A stretch of DNA of 64,000 nucleotides. Source: Thermoplasmata archaeon (GTDB lineage Archaea > Thermoplasmatota > Thermoplasmata > Thermoplasmatales > GCA-001856825). Location: NCBI GenBank assembly GCA_021792255.1, contig JAJYUZ010000001.1, forward strand, positions 160,001-224,000, in the 5' to 3' direction. Positions 16,796-26,410 of the stretch are shown piece by piece. A model generated the notes under the pieces. That model had not been told where the DNA came from. It was given only the letters and a program-made list of their open reading frames with translations, and searched no databases. Each line of letters starts with the position of its first letter. The stretch's first letter is position 1. A program made the translations under genes and the position numbers.

Positions 16796-19186
16796 CTACG
16801 ATTTTCTTATGAAGCCCCCTGCCATCATCAGATCTGTTATGGTCAGAGCTGTCATCGCTTCCACGACAGGGGGGGCTCGAACCGCAATACAAGGGTCATG
16901 TCTCCCTTTGATTGAAAGAGAGGCTCCCTCGAGTTTCTCATAGTCTATAGTCTGTTGCTCCTTAGCAATACTGGAAGTGGGTTTTATCGCTACTCTAAAC
17001 ACGACTGGCATGCCATTGCTGATTCCTCCGAGAATACCTCCGGAGTTGTTTGTAAGGGTAACCACTTTTCCTTCTTTCACAGCGAATGGATCATTGTTCT
17101 CACTCCCCTTTCTATCTGAACCCTTAAACCCGGACCCGAACTCTATCCCCTTTACTGCAGGTATTGCAAAAATTGAATGTGAGACATCGCTTTCGATAGA
17201 GTGAAAAATAGGCTCACCAACCCCTAGAGGCAACCCAATAATTCGGCATTCTATAATACCTCCAAGCGAGTCCCCCTCTCGTTTGACTTCTTCTATGGCT
17301 CTCTCCATTTCCTTTGCCTTTTCTAAGTCAGCACACCTGACAAAATTAGAAAACCTGTTTCTTTCGACATCTTCATCGCTCAGCACTTTGGTAACCTTCA
17401 CGTCACCTATTGAGATCGTGTGAGCTAAGACTTTGATACCTTGAGTTTCAAGGACCTTCTTGGCGATGGCTCCAGCAGCTACAAGGCAAGCCGTCATCCT
17501 TCCAGATAAGAACCCACCTCCACGGTAGTCGAAAACAGAAGCATATTTTTCCCTAGCGGTATAATCGGCATGTCCGGGTCTAATCAACGATTTAGTTCTC
17601 TCATAAGCCTCGGACTTGACATCCCTGTTTCTAATTTCCAAACGGATTGTTTCCCCAGTTGTCTCATCAGACTCTATTCCAGATACAATTTCAACTGCGT
17701 CCTCTTCTCTTCTTGTTGTGGTGAGTTGATTTATGCTCCTCCTCTTTTCAAGTTCGCTCTGAATAAATTCCCTTTGGATTTTCACTCCACTAGGGACGCC
17801 TTTCAAAATGGAACCAATCCTTTTTCCGTGGCTCTCTCCTAGCAGCCTCAATTCGAGAAAGTTGCCGTAGACGTTACTGACAGTCATGATGTCTCCTCCA
17901 AGCGAGCGTAAATCATCAAAAAAGTCCGGGTAAGACTTCTTGATTGCAAGGGGGTAACCGATTCTTGTCTCCCCTTTTGCAATTAATCCTGCAACGGAAG
18001 CTGCCATTACTATCCTGTGGTCGTTGACAAGGGGGGCTTCACCTCCGAAGAGCTGTTGACCGCCTCGTATTGTCAGAGAACCGTCCTTTTCGTTTGCTTC
18101 ACATCCGAATGCTCCAATCAACTTGAGCAAGCCTGAGAGTCTGTCACTTTCTTTCATCCTTAGTCTGTTTACGTTTCTCATTATCGTCGGTGATGAGGCC
18201 TGAGTACTGGCAATTGCAATTATTGGTACTAGATCAGGTACATTCTTTGCATCAAAGATTGTCCCTTTCAGAGGGCTCTTTTTAATCATAACAGAAGTGT
18301 CGCTAACTTCAATGTCGGCTCCCATGTCTTTCAAGATATCTACAATCTTTCTATCTCCCTGCTTAGAATCCGCTCTCAGATTGTTCACCGTAACGGCTCC
18401 CTCTTCAGCAGAGAGGGCTCCCGCAACGAGCATAAAGGCCGCTGAAGAAAAATCCCCTTCGATTCTATACTCCTTTGGAACGTATGTCTGACCCCCCTCA
18501 ATGATATAACCATTGAATTCTCGTGACTTTTCGACGGTTACGCTAAATTCTGCAAGAGCGTCTATTGTCATCTCTATGTAATCGACAGATTCTTCCTCTG
18601 TCGTTATCCTGATTTCACTCTTTCCTCGCGCCAGAGGTAGCGCAAAGAGCAATCCAGAGATGAATTGGGAACTGATATCACCGCGTATTTTTATCTTTCC
18701 TCCGTTTATCTTCCCCATTCCAGATAACTTTATCGGCAGTGATCTCTCTTTTCCCATGTACTCGACCTTTACCCCTAATTTCTCCACGGCATCCAATAAA
18801 TCGACAATGGGTCTCCTGACGAGTCCTTCACTTCCAGTTAAGATTGTTTCGCCTTGAGACATTGCTGCGAGGGGTAAAATGAACCTAAGCGTCGACCCAG
18901 ACTCTTTGCAATCTATAGTATTCTTCTTATTTCTCAGAATACCATTCGTTCCCTGTATTATTATTTCTTCCCTGCTCTTCTTGAGTACGACAGCACCAAG
19001 TGCTTTGCAGGCTTCTAGAGTGGCCTCGGTATCCTCAGACAATAGCGGATTGTGTATGGTGCTTTTGCCATCGGCGAGGGAAGCACAGATTATCGCCCGG
19101 TGCGTGTAACTCTTAGAAGGTGGTGCCGAAATCTCCCCCCTAATTTTGGATGCACCGATGGCCATTTCTATATCGGTGCTTCTCAA
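16796..19186 (-). CDS. fused EPSP synthase (AroA) - chorismate synthase (AroC)
   Basis: PPSKS, ESGSTLR, SSQF, KESDR, DHR then GESHG, RPGHAD, GGILGGIS, GRHDPC in a single frame. Confidence 0.93.
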   Translation of the reverse strand: MRSTDIEMAIGASKIRGEISAPPSKSYTHRAIICASLADGKSTIHNPLLSEDTEATLEACKALGAVVLKKSREEIIIQGTNGILRNKKNTIDCKESGSTLRFILPLAAMSQGETILTGSEGLVRRPIVDLLDAVEKLGVKVEYMGKERSLPIKLSGMGKINGGKIKIRGDISSQFISGLLFALPLARGKSEIRITTEEESVDYIEMTIDALAEFSVTVEKSREFNGYIIEGGQTYVPKEYRIEGDFSSAAFMLVAGALSAEEGAVTVNNLRADSKQGDRKIVDILKDMGADIEVSDTSVMIKKSPLKGTIFDAKNVPDLVPIIAIASTQASSPTIMRNVNRLRMKESDRLSGLLKLIGAFGCEANEKDGSLTIRGGQQLFGGEAPLVNDHRIVMAASVAGLIAKGETRIGYPLAIKKSYPDFFDDLRSLGGDIMTVSNVYGNFLELRLLGESHGKRIGSILKGVPSGVKIQREFIQSELEKRRSINQLTTTRREEDAVEIVSGIESDETTGETIRLEIRNRDVKSEAYERTKSLIRPGHADYTAREKYASVFDYRGGGFLSGRMTACLVAAGAIAKKVLETQGIKVLAHTISIGDVKVTKVLSDEDVERNRFSNFVRCADLEKAKEMERAIEEVKREGDSLGGIIECRIIGLPLGVGEPIFHSIESDVSHSIFAIPAVKGIEFGSGFKGSDRKGSENNDPFAVKEGKVVTLTNNSGGILGGISNGMPVVFRVAIKPTSSIAKEQQTIDYEKLEGASLSIKGRHDPCIAVRAPPVVEAMTALTITDLMMAGGFIRKS

Positions 19187-20490
19187 TAGTGTTCACCCAT
19201 TGACTGTTCTACTTCCTTTACCAATTCATCTACACTCTTCCCATCAGTTCTGAACTCCAAGTCTCTTGCCAGAGTATAATAAGGACTGCGAGAGTCAAGC
19301 AACTCTTTTATGACTCCCAACTCGGATTCCTTAGTTGAATCCAGCAAAAGAGGGCGTGTCATATTACCGCCCAGTCTCTTCACGATTGATCTGGGTTCTG
19401 CCTTCAGCAATACCACCGTCCCACTTTCTCTCATTTTAGAGACATTTGTAAAATCTAGGACGGCTCCTCCCCCGCAGGATACGACAACTCCTCTTTTTCT
19501 GCTAGCCGCATCGATCTCCTGACGCTCCATTTCTCGGAATCTATCTTCTCCTTCGCGTTCAAATATGGTCCTTATAGAATTACCATACTTGTTGCTAATT
19601 TCAATATCAGTATCCACGTACCTACTTTTTAATCTTGCAGCGAGTTTACTTCCGATCGTGGTCTTTCCGGCACCCATGAAACCTATCAGGTAGACATTCC
19701 TCCCTTTCCTAGATTTTTTATTTTTTAGTCTCCTGATTGCTCTGAACATCACTTGTTTGTCTGGTTTTATTCCTGTCCAGAATTCAAAACTCACAGATCC
19801 CTGATTAACTAACATCTCTTCACCATCTATTGCTATGCAATTGTGTTTCTTTGCAGCCCGGATTAGGAAAGTTTCGTCCGGTCCATAAACGGAATCAAAG
19901 ACTACTAATCCTCTCCTGAGAAATCTCTCCGGGACCGGACTAGATTCGCCATTCATCCCTATAGGTGTACAGTTGCAGACTAGGTCCGAATCAGGGATTA
20001 ATCTACCTAGGTTGTTTTCGTCCATTTCTTCTCGTCCAAGCATAAGCGTCTTCACTCCTTCCTTTTTAAGTCCAAAATCGAGTGACTTGGCTGCGCCGCC
20101 TTTTCCAAGTATTATGGCACTTTTCCCCTTCAGACTGCTGACCCTTTCTTTTATTGCGTTTACCGCGCCAATCGAGTCAGTATTTCTGCCAATCAGCCTT
20201 CCATCTTTGTTAAGTATCGTGTTTACTGCACCTATCTTATCGGCTTCTTGATCAATCTCGTCTAAGAATTCCACGACCGTCCTCTTATGCGGCATTGTCA
20301 CGTTGACCCCTTTTGCGTTGAGGGTCTTCAAAGTTCTTATTGATTCGGCAAGGTCATCTTTCTTTACCAGCATTGTCGTATAAACGGCATCAATCCCCCA
20401 GGCTGAGAATAGGGCATTGTGCATCACCGGAGAGAGAGAGTGAGCTACTGGGTCTCCAATTAGACAGTAAAGCTGAGTACTACTGTTCAT
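19183..20490 (-). CDS. fused shikimate dehydrogenase (AroE) - bacterial-type shikimate kinase (AroK)
   Basis: GDPVAHSLSP, NVTMPHK, NTD; then LIGFMGAGKTT, GEDRFR, SCGGG, RPLL. Confidence 0.92.
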   Translation of the reverse strand: MNSSTQLYCLIGDPVAHSLSPVMHNALFSAWGIDAVYTTMLVKKDDLAESIRTLKTLNAKGVNVTMPHKRTVVEFLDEIDQEADKIGAVNTILNKDGRLIGRNTDSIGAVNAIKERVSSLKGKSAIILGKGGAAKSLDFGLKKEGVKTLMLGREEMDENNLGRLIPDSDLVCNCTPIGMNGESSPVPERFLRRGLVVFDSVYGPDETFLIRAAKKHNCIAIDGEEMLVNQGSVSFEFWTGIKPDKQVMFRAIRRLKNKKSRKGRNVYLIGFMGAGKTTIGSKLAARLKSRYVDTDIEISNKYGNSIRTIFEREGEDRFREMERQEIDAASRKRGVVVSCGGGAVLDFTNVSKMRESGTVVLLKAEPRSIVKRLGGNMTRPLLLDSTKESELGVIKELLDSRSPYYTLARDLEFRTDGKSVDELVKEVEQSMGEHY

Positions 20491-21140
20491 GGAAATGACC
20501 CTATAAGTCGCTTTAGTTTAGCTGCACTAATCTGCCCCAGTGCAGTCTCCTTTCCGAGTGAAAGAGAAGCGTATGTAAATGGAGAACCAAGTAAGGTCGA
20601 TACCACTCTCGTAATGGTACCTTCCTTCCCCATTCCTACCACCACAAGATCTTTGTTTTCGTCCAGCAAACCTAATAGTCTTGCATTATCGTTTGTAGAG
20701 TTGACCTTACACGCAATTTTTGCTATGTCTCCACCGGATCTAAAACACGAATCCACTATTCTTATTAGCTCTTCTCTTGAAGGCGTTCTATCGTCATTGT
20801 GATAGGAGACTATAACTTTGCATCCCTTTTTCCGTGCCGCTTTTAATAGCTCACCCCTGTATCTATCGTCTGCTTCTAGTTCGATGTCGACAAATGAAGC
20901 ACCATGATTTATTGCAGAAATCAATGATTTCAATCTGAGTTTGTCGTCAGTCATCCCTGGCCTGAACGTAGCGACGAGTCTTACTTGTGTGGAAAAGACC
21001 TTCCTAATATTTTTTTCATCTAATTTCGTCTTGTCAAGTCTGATCTCTGCCAGTTTTAAACCCCGTAAAGCGTTCACGCATAACTCTACTGTCGGTTCAG
21101 AAATACTTACGCATATTCTCGAATCAATAGAATCTTTCAT
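20487..21140 (-). CDS. aroD: type I 3-dehydroquinate dehydratase
   Basis: EIRLD, VDIEL, IVSYHN, DIAKIA, MGKEG..TR, ALGQ. Confidence 0.9.
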   Translation of the reverse strand: MKDSIDSRICVSISEPTVELCVNALRGLKLAEIRLDKTKLDEKNIRKVFSTQVRLVATFRPGMTDDKLRLKSLISAINHGASFVDIELEADDRYRGELLKAARKKGCKVIVSYHNDDRTPSREELIRIVDSCFRSGGDIAKIACKVNSTNDNARLLGLLDENKDLVVVGMGKEGTITRVVSTLLGSPFTYASLSLGKETALGQISAAKLKRLIGSFP

Positions 21141-22168
21141 AAACAGATCCCATCCAATATATTTGAAATGTCCTCTTCCTCAACTGCATTAATCACTGCG
21201 TTTCCGATTCCATCAAGCAGGACCATATTGATTTTACTGCTCCGCCTCTTTTTGTCTTTGGTGATGGCCTCCATCACATCATTCTTATTCGCCTTAATTT
21301 TAATCGGAAGTCCAACTTTTTGCAGTAGATCCGTAATTCTTTTAAGTTGAGAGTTGTCAAGCAGCCCCTTTGACACGGATAACTTTCCAGCTGCTATCAT
21401 ACCTATACTTACTGCGTACCCATGAGGAATTTTAGCTACTTTTTCGATCGCGTGTCCAATCGTATGGCCAAAATTGAGTTTCATTCTCTCCCATTGCTCC
21501 ATCTCGTCTGAACTGACAATACCAATTTTAATCGAGATAGCTGAACTTACAGCTTTATTGATTTCTTCTTTGTTCATGGAAAGGATTGATAAGTAATTCT
21601 TTTCGATGTATTCAAAAAGTGAAAGATCAGCGATCGCTCCGGCTTTTACTATCTCAGCAAGGCCAGACATCAGTTCACTTTTTGGTAGTGTCTTTAGAAA
21701 ATTCAGATCTATAAGGCAGAACTCCGGTTGTCTTATAGTCCCTATCAAGTTCTTGTAGCCCTTCAGGTTAACTCCATTCTTTCCTCCTATGCTTGCGTCT
21801 ACTTGGGCTAGAAGAGTGGTGGGGACGAAACCAAAAGGAATGCCACGCATAAATGTTGAGGCAGCGTAACCTGCGATATCACAGACGACGCCTCCACCGA
21901 TGCCTATCACTATATGTGACTTATCTACCCCTATTTCTAAAAACCTCTCGTAAATTTTTTCGACTGTGAGAAGAGTCTTACTATTCTCACCTTCCCCAAT
22001 TTCTATGAATTCGAAATCCTTTAGTCTCTCTCCGTAGATTCTTCGAACATTCTGGTCAATTACCGCCACAGCTTTTCTCGATCCACAGAGGCTCAGCAGG
22101 TCGTCTATAGAACGGCCGACAAAGAATTCGCTCTCTCCAGTTTTAGTAACGAGTTTCATTCGGCTCAC
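21137..22168 (-). CDS. aroB: 3-dehydroquinate synthase (bacterial type)
   Basis: [36 protein letters not shown]. Confidence 0.95.
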   Translation of the reverse strand: MSRMKLVTKTGESEFFVGRSIDDLLSLCGSRKAVAVIDQNVRRIYGERLKDFEFIEIGEGENSKTLLTVEKIYERFLEIGVDKSHIVIGIGGGVVCDIAGYAASTFMRGIPFGFVPTTLLAQVDASIGGKNGVNLKGYKNLIGTIRQPEFCLIDLNFLKTLPKSELMSGLAEIVKAGAIADLSLFEYIEKNYLSILSMNKEEINKAVSSAISIKIGIVSSDEMEQWERMKLNFGHTIGHAIEKVAKIPHGYAVSIGMIAAGKLSVSKGLLDNSQLKRITDLLQKVGLPIKIKANKNDVMEAITKDKKRRSSKINMVLLDGIGNAVINAVEEEDISNILDGICL

Positions 22169-22992
22169 TTCAGTTCTTCAACGAATCTTCTCAGCGGTCG
22201 TATTCTTTCCATCAATGCCTTAAACTGTTCTGGGGTGAGTGACTGCTCCTTGTCACTCAGTGCCTCAGCCGGATTTCTATGGACTTCCAGGATTAAGCCG
22301 TCGGTACCTGAGGCCACCGAGGCCATGCTCATTGGTTCAATTAGACTTGCTTTACCTGTTCCATGGGAAGGGTCCACTATAACCGGAAGATGAGTTAATT
22401 CTTTTAAGACAGGAACTGCACTTAAATCTAGAGTATTTCTCGTGTAAGTTTCAAACGTCCTGATTCCTCTCTCACAAAGTATGACATTTGGATTCCCGCC
22501 ACTTAGTATGTACTCAGCACTGTTAAGCCATTCCTCAATGGTAGAGTACATTCCTCTCTTTAACAAAACAGGTTTGTTTATCTTCCCCAATTCCTTGAGA
22601 AGAGAAAAGTTCTGAACGTTTCTAGCACCAACCTGCAAGACATCTGCATATTCCGAGACCCAGTCCACGTCCCTAGGATCCAGTACTTCAGTCACTATAG
22701 GAAGACCTGTCTCATCCCTCGCCTTCTGTAAGTATTTCAGTCCCTTTAGACCCAAGCCTTGGAAAGAATAAGGTGAAGTTCTCGGTTTAAACACGCCTCC
22801 TCTCAACATGTCTGCTCCCGCTTCCTTTACTCTTCGTGCGGTCTCCAAAAGCTGTTCTTCGCTCTCAACGCTGCAAGGACCAGCGATGACTGTGAGCCCT
22901 TCTCCTACCTTTAGGTTGCCAACCTGTACGATGGTGCGTTGATCGCTATTTAGTGCCGCCAGTTTAACGTTCTTGAAGCCCGATGCTACCAC
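22165..22992 (-). CDS. aroF: DAHP synthase type I-beta, no N-terminal regulatory domain
   Basis: [32 protein letters not shown]. Confidence 0.93.
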   Translation of the reverse strand: MVASGFKNVKLAALNSDQRTIVQVGNLKVGEGLTVIAGPCSVESEEQLLETARRVKEAGADMLRGGVFKPRTSPYSFQGLGLKGLKYLQKARDETGLPIVTEVLDPRDVDWVSEYADVLQVGARNVQNFSLLKELGKINKPVLLKRGMYSTIEEWLNSAEYILSGGNPNVILCERGIRTFETYTRNTLDLSAVPVLKELTHLPVIVDPSHGTGKASLIEPMSMASVASGTDGLILEVHRNPAEALSDKEQSLTPEQFKALMERIRPLRRFVEELK

Positions 22993-22994
22993 AG

Positions 22995-23207
22995 TTAATC
23001 GCCCCCAACTCTAGACACAACATAGCGGTTTTCGATCAACTTTGGTCTTATTGAGAAGTAGTGCATCCTTACGAAGTGTTTCACTATCAAGGACCATTTT
23101 CTTTTCTTAAAACTTCCTTTTACTTCAGAGACCCGGCTGTTAAAAGCGTCCAGCCAACGTAAAGGCAAACCGTTATTGCTTCGTGTTTCAAAATACTCAA
23201 AACTCAT
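22995..23207 (-). CDS. small aromatic-rich ORF (70 aa) upstream of aroF
   Basis: GAGGTG SD before ATG 23207; 11 of 70 residues F/Y/W; stop lies 2 nt before the aroF start. Confidence 0.45.
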   Translation of the reverse strand: MSFEYFETRSNNGLPLRWLDAFNSRVSEVKGSFKKRKWSLIVKHFVRMHYFSIRPKLIENRYVVSRVGGD

Positions 23208-23236
23208 TAATGACACCTCACAGTGAAGAAGAAAAA

Positions 23237-23308
23237 TCAGTATCGGTAACTAAAAAGAGTAGCAGAAATGGAAGACTTCTGATTTGAGACTCTATCTTCT
23301 ACTGTCAC
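23237..23308 (-). promoter_or_regulatory. candidate leader peptide (23 aa, ...LFSYRY*) of the aro operon
   Basis: GTG 30 nt after a TTTAAGTA box; Phe/Tyr codons just before TGA; U-tract directly after the stop. Confidence 0.45.
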
Positions 23309-23330
23309 TGAAAAACCGATAAATGATATC

Positions 23331-23346
23331 TACTTAAATATTTTGA
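23331..23346 (-). promoter_or_regulatory. BRE/TATA promoter of aro operon
   Basis: TCAAAATA-TTTAAGTA on the minus strand. Confidence 0.55.
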
Positions 23347-23351
23347 TTTAG

Positions 23352-23626
23352 TCAGTATCTCCGATTTGAGCTGAACATGTGGCTTATCTATCCTGGGGAA
23401 TTCTTGAGAACGGGGAGATCAGTGGGCTCGTCGTTGATAGACCCAGGACGTTCTACAAACAGGCTGATCTCCTCTTCTCTTCGTTATCTACCCGCGTACT
23501 GCACACACTGCTCAGCTCTATTAGAAACCTCTTAAAGCTCACCTCCGTGCTGTAGAAGAGATACCACAACGCTTCTATGAGCTGTTCATAGGCGAACAGG
23601 AAATAGCGCACCTCAATCGCCTTGGA
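23352..23626 (-). mobile_element. IS remnant (ISH3/IS4-like transposase C-terminus plus terminal repeat)
   Basis: Minus frame 23626-23453 SKAIEVRYFLFAYEQLIEALWYLF...*; TCAGTATCTC at 23352 resembles ISH3-type termini. Confidence 0.45.
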
Positions 23627-23889
23627 TTCGCCTTCCTGTATGAATTTCCATCATGGCACCTTCTGGTTGGGATACTTACGTCTACACTTGTAGTTGCATA
23701 CGTAATTGGACCAGCATCGATTAACGTTTTCCGGAGAACGCGGCCAACTAGAGAAAGACCCTTCAGGCTCCCTGCTGCAAAGATACTTGCCCAATTGGGT
23801 TCATAGTGTCATTTATGATCATCTATTGGTCTACCTTCCCATTAAGCCTCGAAGTATCTGCAGTCACTCTTATAGGACTCGTAATGTAG
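23621..23889 (+). pseudogene. APC-family amino acid permease fragment with frameshift at ~23790
   Basis: FPSWHLLVGILTSTLVVAYVIGPASINVFRRTRPTRERPFRLPAAKILA / PIGFIVSFMIIYWSTFP. Confidence 0.75.
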
Positions 23890-23992
23890 TGCATTACCGA
23901 GACAGTACCTTCAACTTGACAAACCTTGTAAAAAAGGAAGGTGAAATTGTGGCATACTTGCCAGCAATTTCATTCATCACATTTGCTTCGTT

Positions 23993-25222
23993 CTATTCGT
24001 AACTTATCTCGCCATGTTCGCTTAAGTCGAGTCCCTTCTCCTCTTCTTCAGGCGAGACTCTCAAAGGCGTTATGATGTTTGTTAACTTAAGTAGCAGATA
24101 AGCACCTACGAATGAGAAGGTTCCTACCACAAGAATACCAAAGGCTTCCAGCAAAAACTGGTGAGGGTTTCCATAAAGTAATCCGTTCGGTCCGTTCGGA
24201 TTGACCAAAGTCGTAGCGAACAAGCCCGTTGCAAGAAGTCCCCATAGCGATCCTGCACCATGACACGCGAAGACGTCAAGAGAATCATCAAGGGTGGCCC
24301 TGAGATACTTCCAGTTGGATATGAAGAAGCTGATCACTCCACCAACCAAACCTATGACGATAGAAGCCTGGGCAGTCACATATCCAGCTGCAGGCGTGAT
24401 AGCAACCAATCCAACTACTGCTCCAATCGCAATTCCAGTAGCGGAAGGTTTCTTCTTAATGTACCATTCAGTGAACATCCAGCTGATTGCAGCCCCTGCC
24501 GCGGCAAGATTAGTATTGACAATGGCTTGAACGGCAACTCCATCGGCAGCCAATGCACTCCCGCCGTTGAAACCAAACCAGCCAAACCACAGAATAGAAG
24601 CACCAAGTATGACGAATGGAACGTTGTTTGGCCTTGAGTCTCTGTTTTCATTGACGCCAATCCTTCTTCCAAGAGCTAGTGCTGCTGCCACTGCAGATGC
24701 ACCCGCTGTCAGGTGTACCACTAATCCTCCAGCGAAGTCAATGACCCCCATTGTGTGTAACCATCCAGTCGGTCCCCAGACCCAGTTGGCTACCGGTGAA
24801 TAGATTAACGTAGTCCACAAGGCGATGAAGACTAAGAGTGCTTTGAATCTTATTCTTTCAGCAAACGCTCCAATTATCAGGGCTGGAGTGATAGCCGCGA
24901 ATTTTAACTGGAATGCAAAGTAGAGGAGGGCAGGAATAGAATTAGAAAAGGCCGCATTAGGTAACTGACCAATGTTGTTTAGAAAAAAGTACTCAGGGTT
25001 CCCAATCAGTCCGTGGATAGACGGAGCAAATGAGAGGGAGAATGCGTAGAATGCCCACAACAGGCTGACAAGAGCAAATATCGTGAGAGTCTGTATTATG
25101 GTTGACGATAGATTCTTCCTTCTTACCAATCCGCCATAGAAAAATCCAAGAGCGGGCGTCATTATCATCACAAGAGCAGTCGCACTCAAAACCCAGGCAG
25201 TATCGCCATAATTAATAGGCAC
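23993..25222 (-). CDS. amt: ammonium transporter
   Basis: FYGGLVR, FQLKFAAITPAL, DFAGGLVVH, LWFGWFGFNGGS, DDSLDVFACHG. Confidence 0.96.
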   Translation of the reverse strand: MPINYGDTAWVLSATALVMIMTPALGFFYGGLVRRKNLSSTIIQTLTIFALVSLLWAFYAFSLSFAPSIHGLIGNPEYFFLNNIGQLPNAAFSNSIPALLYFAFQLKFAAITPALIIGAFAERIRFKALLVFIALWTTLIYSPVANWVWGPTGWLHTMGVIDFAGGLVVHLTAGASAVAAALALGRRIGVNENRDSRPNNVPFVILGASILWFGWFGFNGGSALAADGVAVQAIVNTNLAAAGAAISWMFTEWYIKKKPSATGIAIGAVVGLVAITPAAGYVTAQASIVIGLVGGVISFFISNWKYLRATLDDSLDVFACHGAGSLWGLLATGLFATTLVNPNGPNGLLYGNPHQFLLEAFGILVVGTFSFVGAYLLLKLTNIITPLRVSPEEEEKGLDLSEHGEISYE

Positions 25223-25536
25223 GGATCATTCCTCCAACGGTTCCGGAGTCTGAAGGCGATTCATAAGTTAAAGCATCGAGTCCAGATGTGGTCATAAATC
25301 CCAATCGATAACTCTCCACAATACTTAACTTGTTCGTAAAACTTAATAGGGAAGCGAAGCTCCGCTAAACCTGTTAAAGGGGAATAAAAAGGAGCAATCG
25401 ATTTCCTTTACAAATAACTGAGCGCTACAAGATCAATTGACCAACGAACTTTGCTTACCTCTTTTGTTGGAATACAGGAGAAAAGGATTTTTCGTGGTCC
25501 GATCAATTAGGGTTTTGAGTCGAATTTGCTCTGATT

Positions 25537-26316
25537 TTAACCCTTGAAATGATAAATGGAGTATTTGCGAGTTGGAGTCTGTCTGGATCCAATTTTATTT
25601 TGGTTTTCAAATTCAATCAGAGATGATGGTTCTCCAAAAACTTTTCTTACGCTCTCGTCAGTATAGTCGAACGTGAACATGTAATTGCCTTTGATTACTC
25701 TACTTAATTTTTTTAGATCTTCTAGATCGTATATGTTAAAGGAATAATCGTACCAACTCTTGTCAGTGTATGGTGGATCGCAATAGAAGAATACATTTTC
25801 CCCACCGTAACTCCTAATGAGTTCTTTAAAGTCAAGGTTCTCTATTTCCCAGCTTGAAATTTTTGAACTGATACGGTCGTAGTTTGACAGAATTTTCCTA
25901 ACGTGGGTAAGACTTGACTTTTCCTTTTGGGTACGGTACGTAGACCCCATGCCACCAAAGCTGACGTTGAATTTGTAGAAAGTTCTGAAGGCCATATCGA
26001 TGTTGCTCTGGTTGGCCGAATTAGTGAGAATAAAATTTTTTTTGTAATTTAGGAATTGAGACTCTGTTACCGTCCACTTTCGAGCCATTTCGAGAAACTC
26101 TTTTGGATAGGTCTTAATGACCATGAAGAGCATGTAGAGTTCCTTATTGAGCTCATTGTAGACAGTTCTCGGCGCATTGACATTCAATGAGACATTACCA
26201 GAGCCACCAAAGACATCTACAAGAGCATTGGCTCCTGACGCGCCAAATCCTTTTAATATCTCTGGCATGAGTAAATTTTTTGCCCCCGGATACTTGATCA
26301 ATCTAGTTATAGCCAT
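25537..26316 (-). CDS. DNA adenine methyltransferase (Dam-like), orphan
   Basis: KYPGAK, VDVFGGSG, YCDPPY. Confidence 0.88.
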   Translation of the reverse strand: MAITRLIKYPGAKNLLMPEILKGFGASGANALVDVFGGSGNVSLNVNAPRTVYNELNKELYMLFMVIKTYPKEFLEMARKWTVTESQFLNYKKNFILTNSANQSNIDMAFRTFYKFNVSFGGMGSTYRTQKEKSSLTHVRKILSNYDRISSKISSWEIENLDFKELIRSYGGENVFFYCDPPYTDKSWYDYSFNIYDLEDLKKLSRVIKGNYMFTFDYTDESVRKVFGEPSSLIEFENQNKIGSRQTPTRKYSIYHFKG

Positions 26317-26410
26317 TCTAATCTTTCTTCCACACACGAATTCTTTGCAAATTCCGCCATTTAATACTCAAAACAGGAATGTCGACCCCCTTTAGACTCA
26401 AATAATCAGC

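Noticed and set aside
22995-23310. T-box riboswitch in the aro leader
   Set aside because: No T-box consensus (GGTGGxACC) or specifier stem was recognisable
23706-24002. 98-aa ORF in the track
   Set aside because: Off-frame overlay on the permease pseudogene, whose real reading frames differ
25222-25340. NrpR operator or glnK beside amt
   Set aside because: No GGAA-N6-TTCC site and no PII-like ORF; the 12-codon upstream ORF has no support
14832-25540. A second att-bounded island covering the aro operon and amt
   Set aside because: No further copy of the tRNA-Gly 3' end was found by eye
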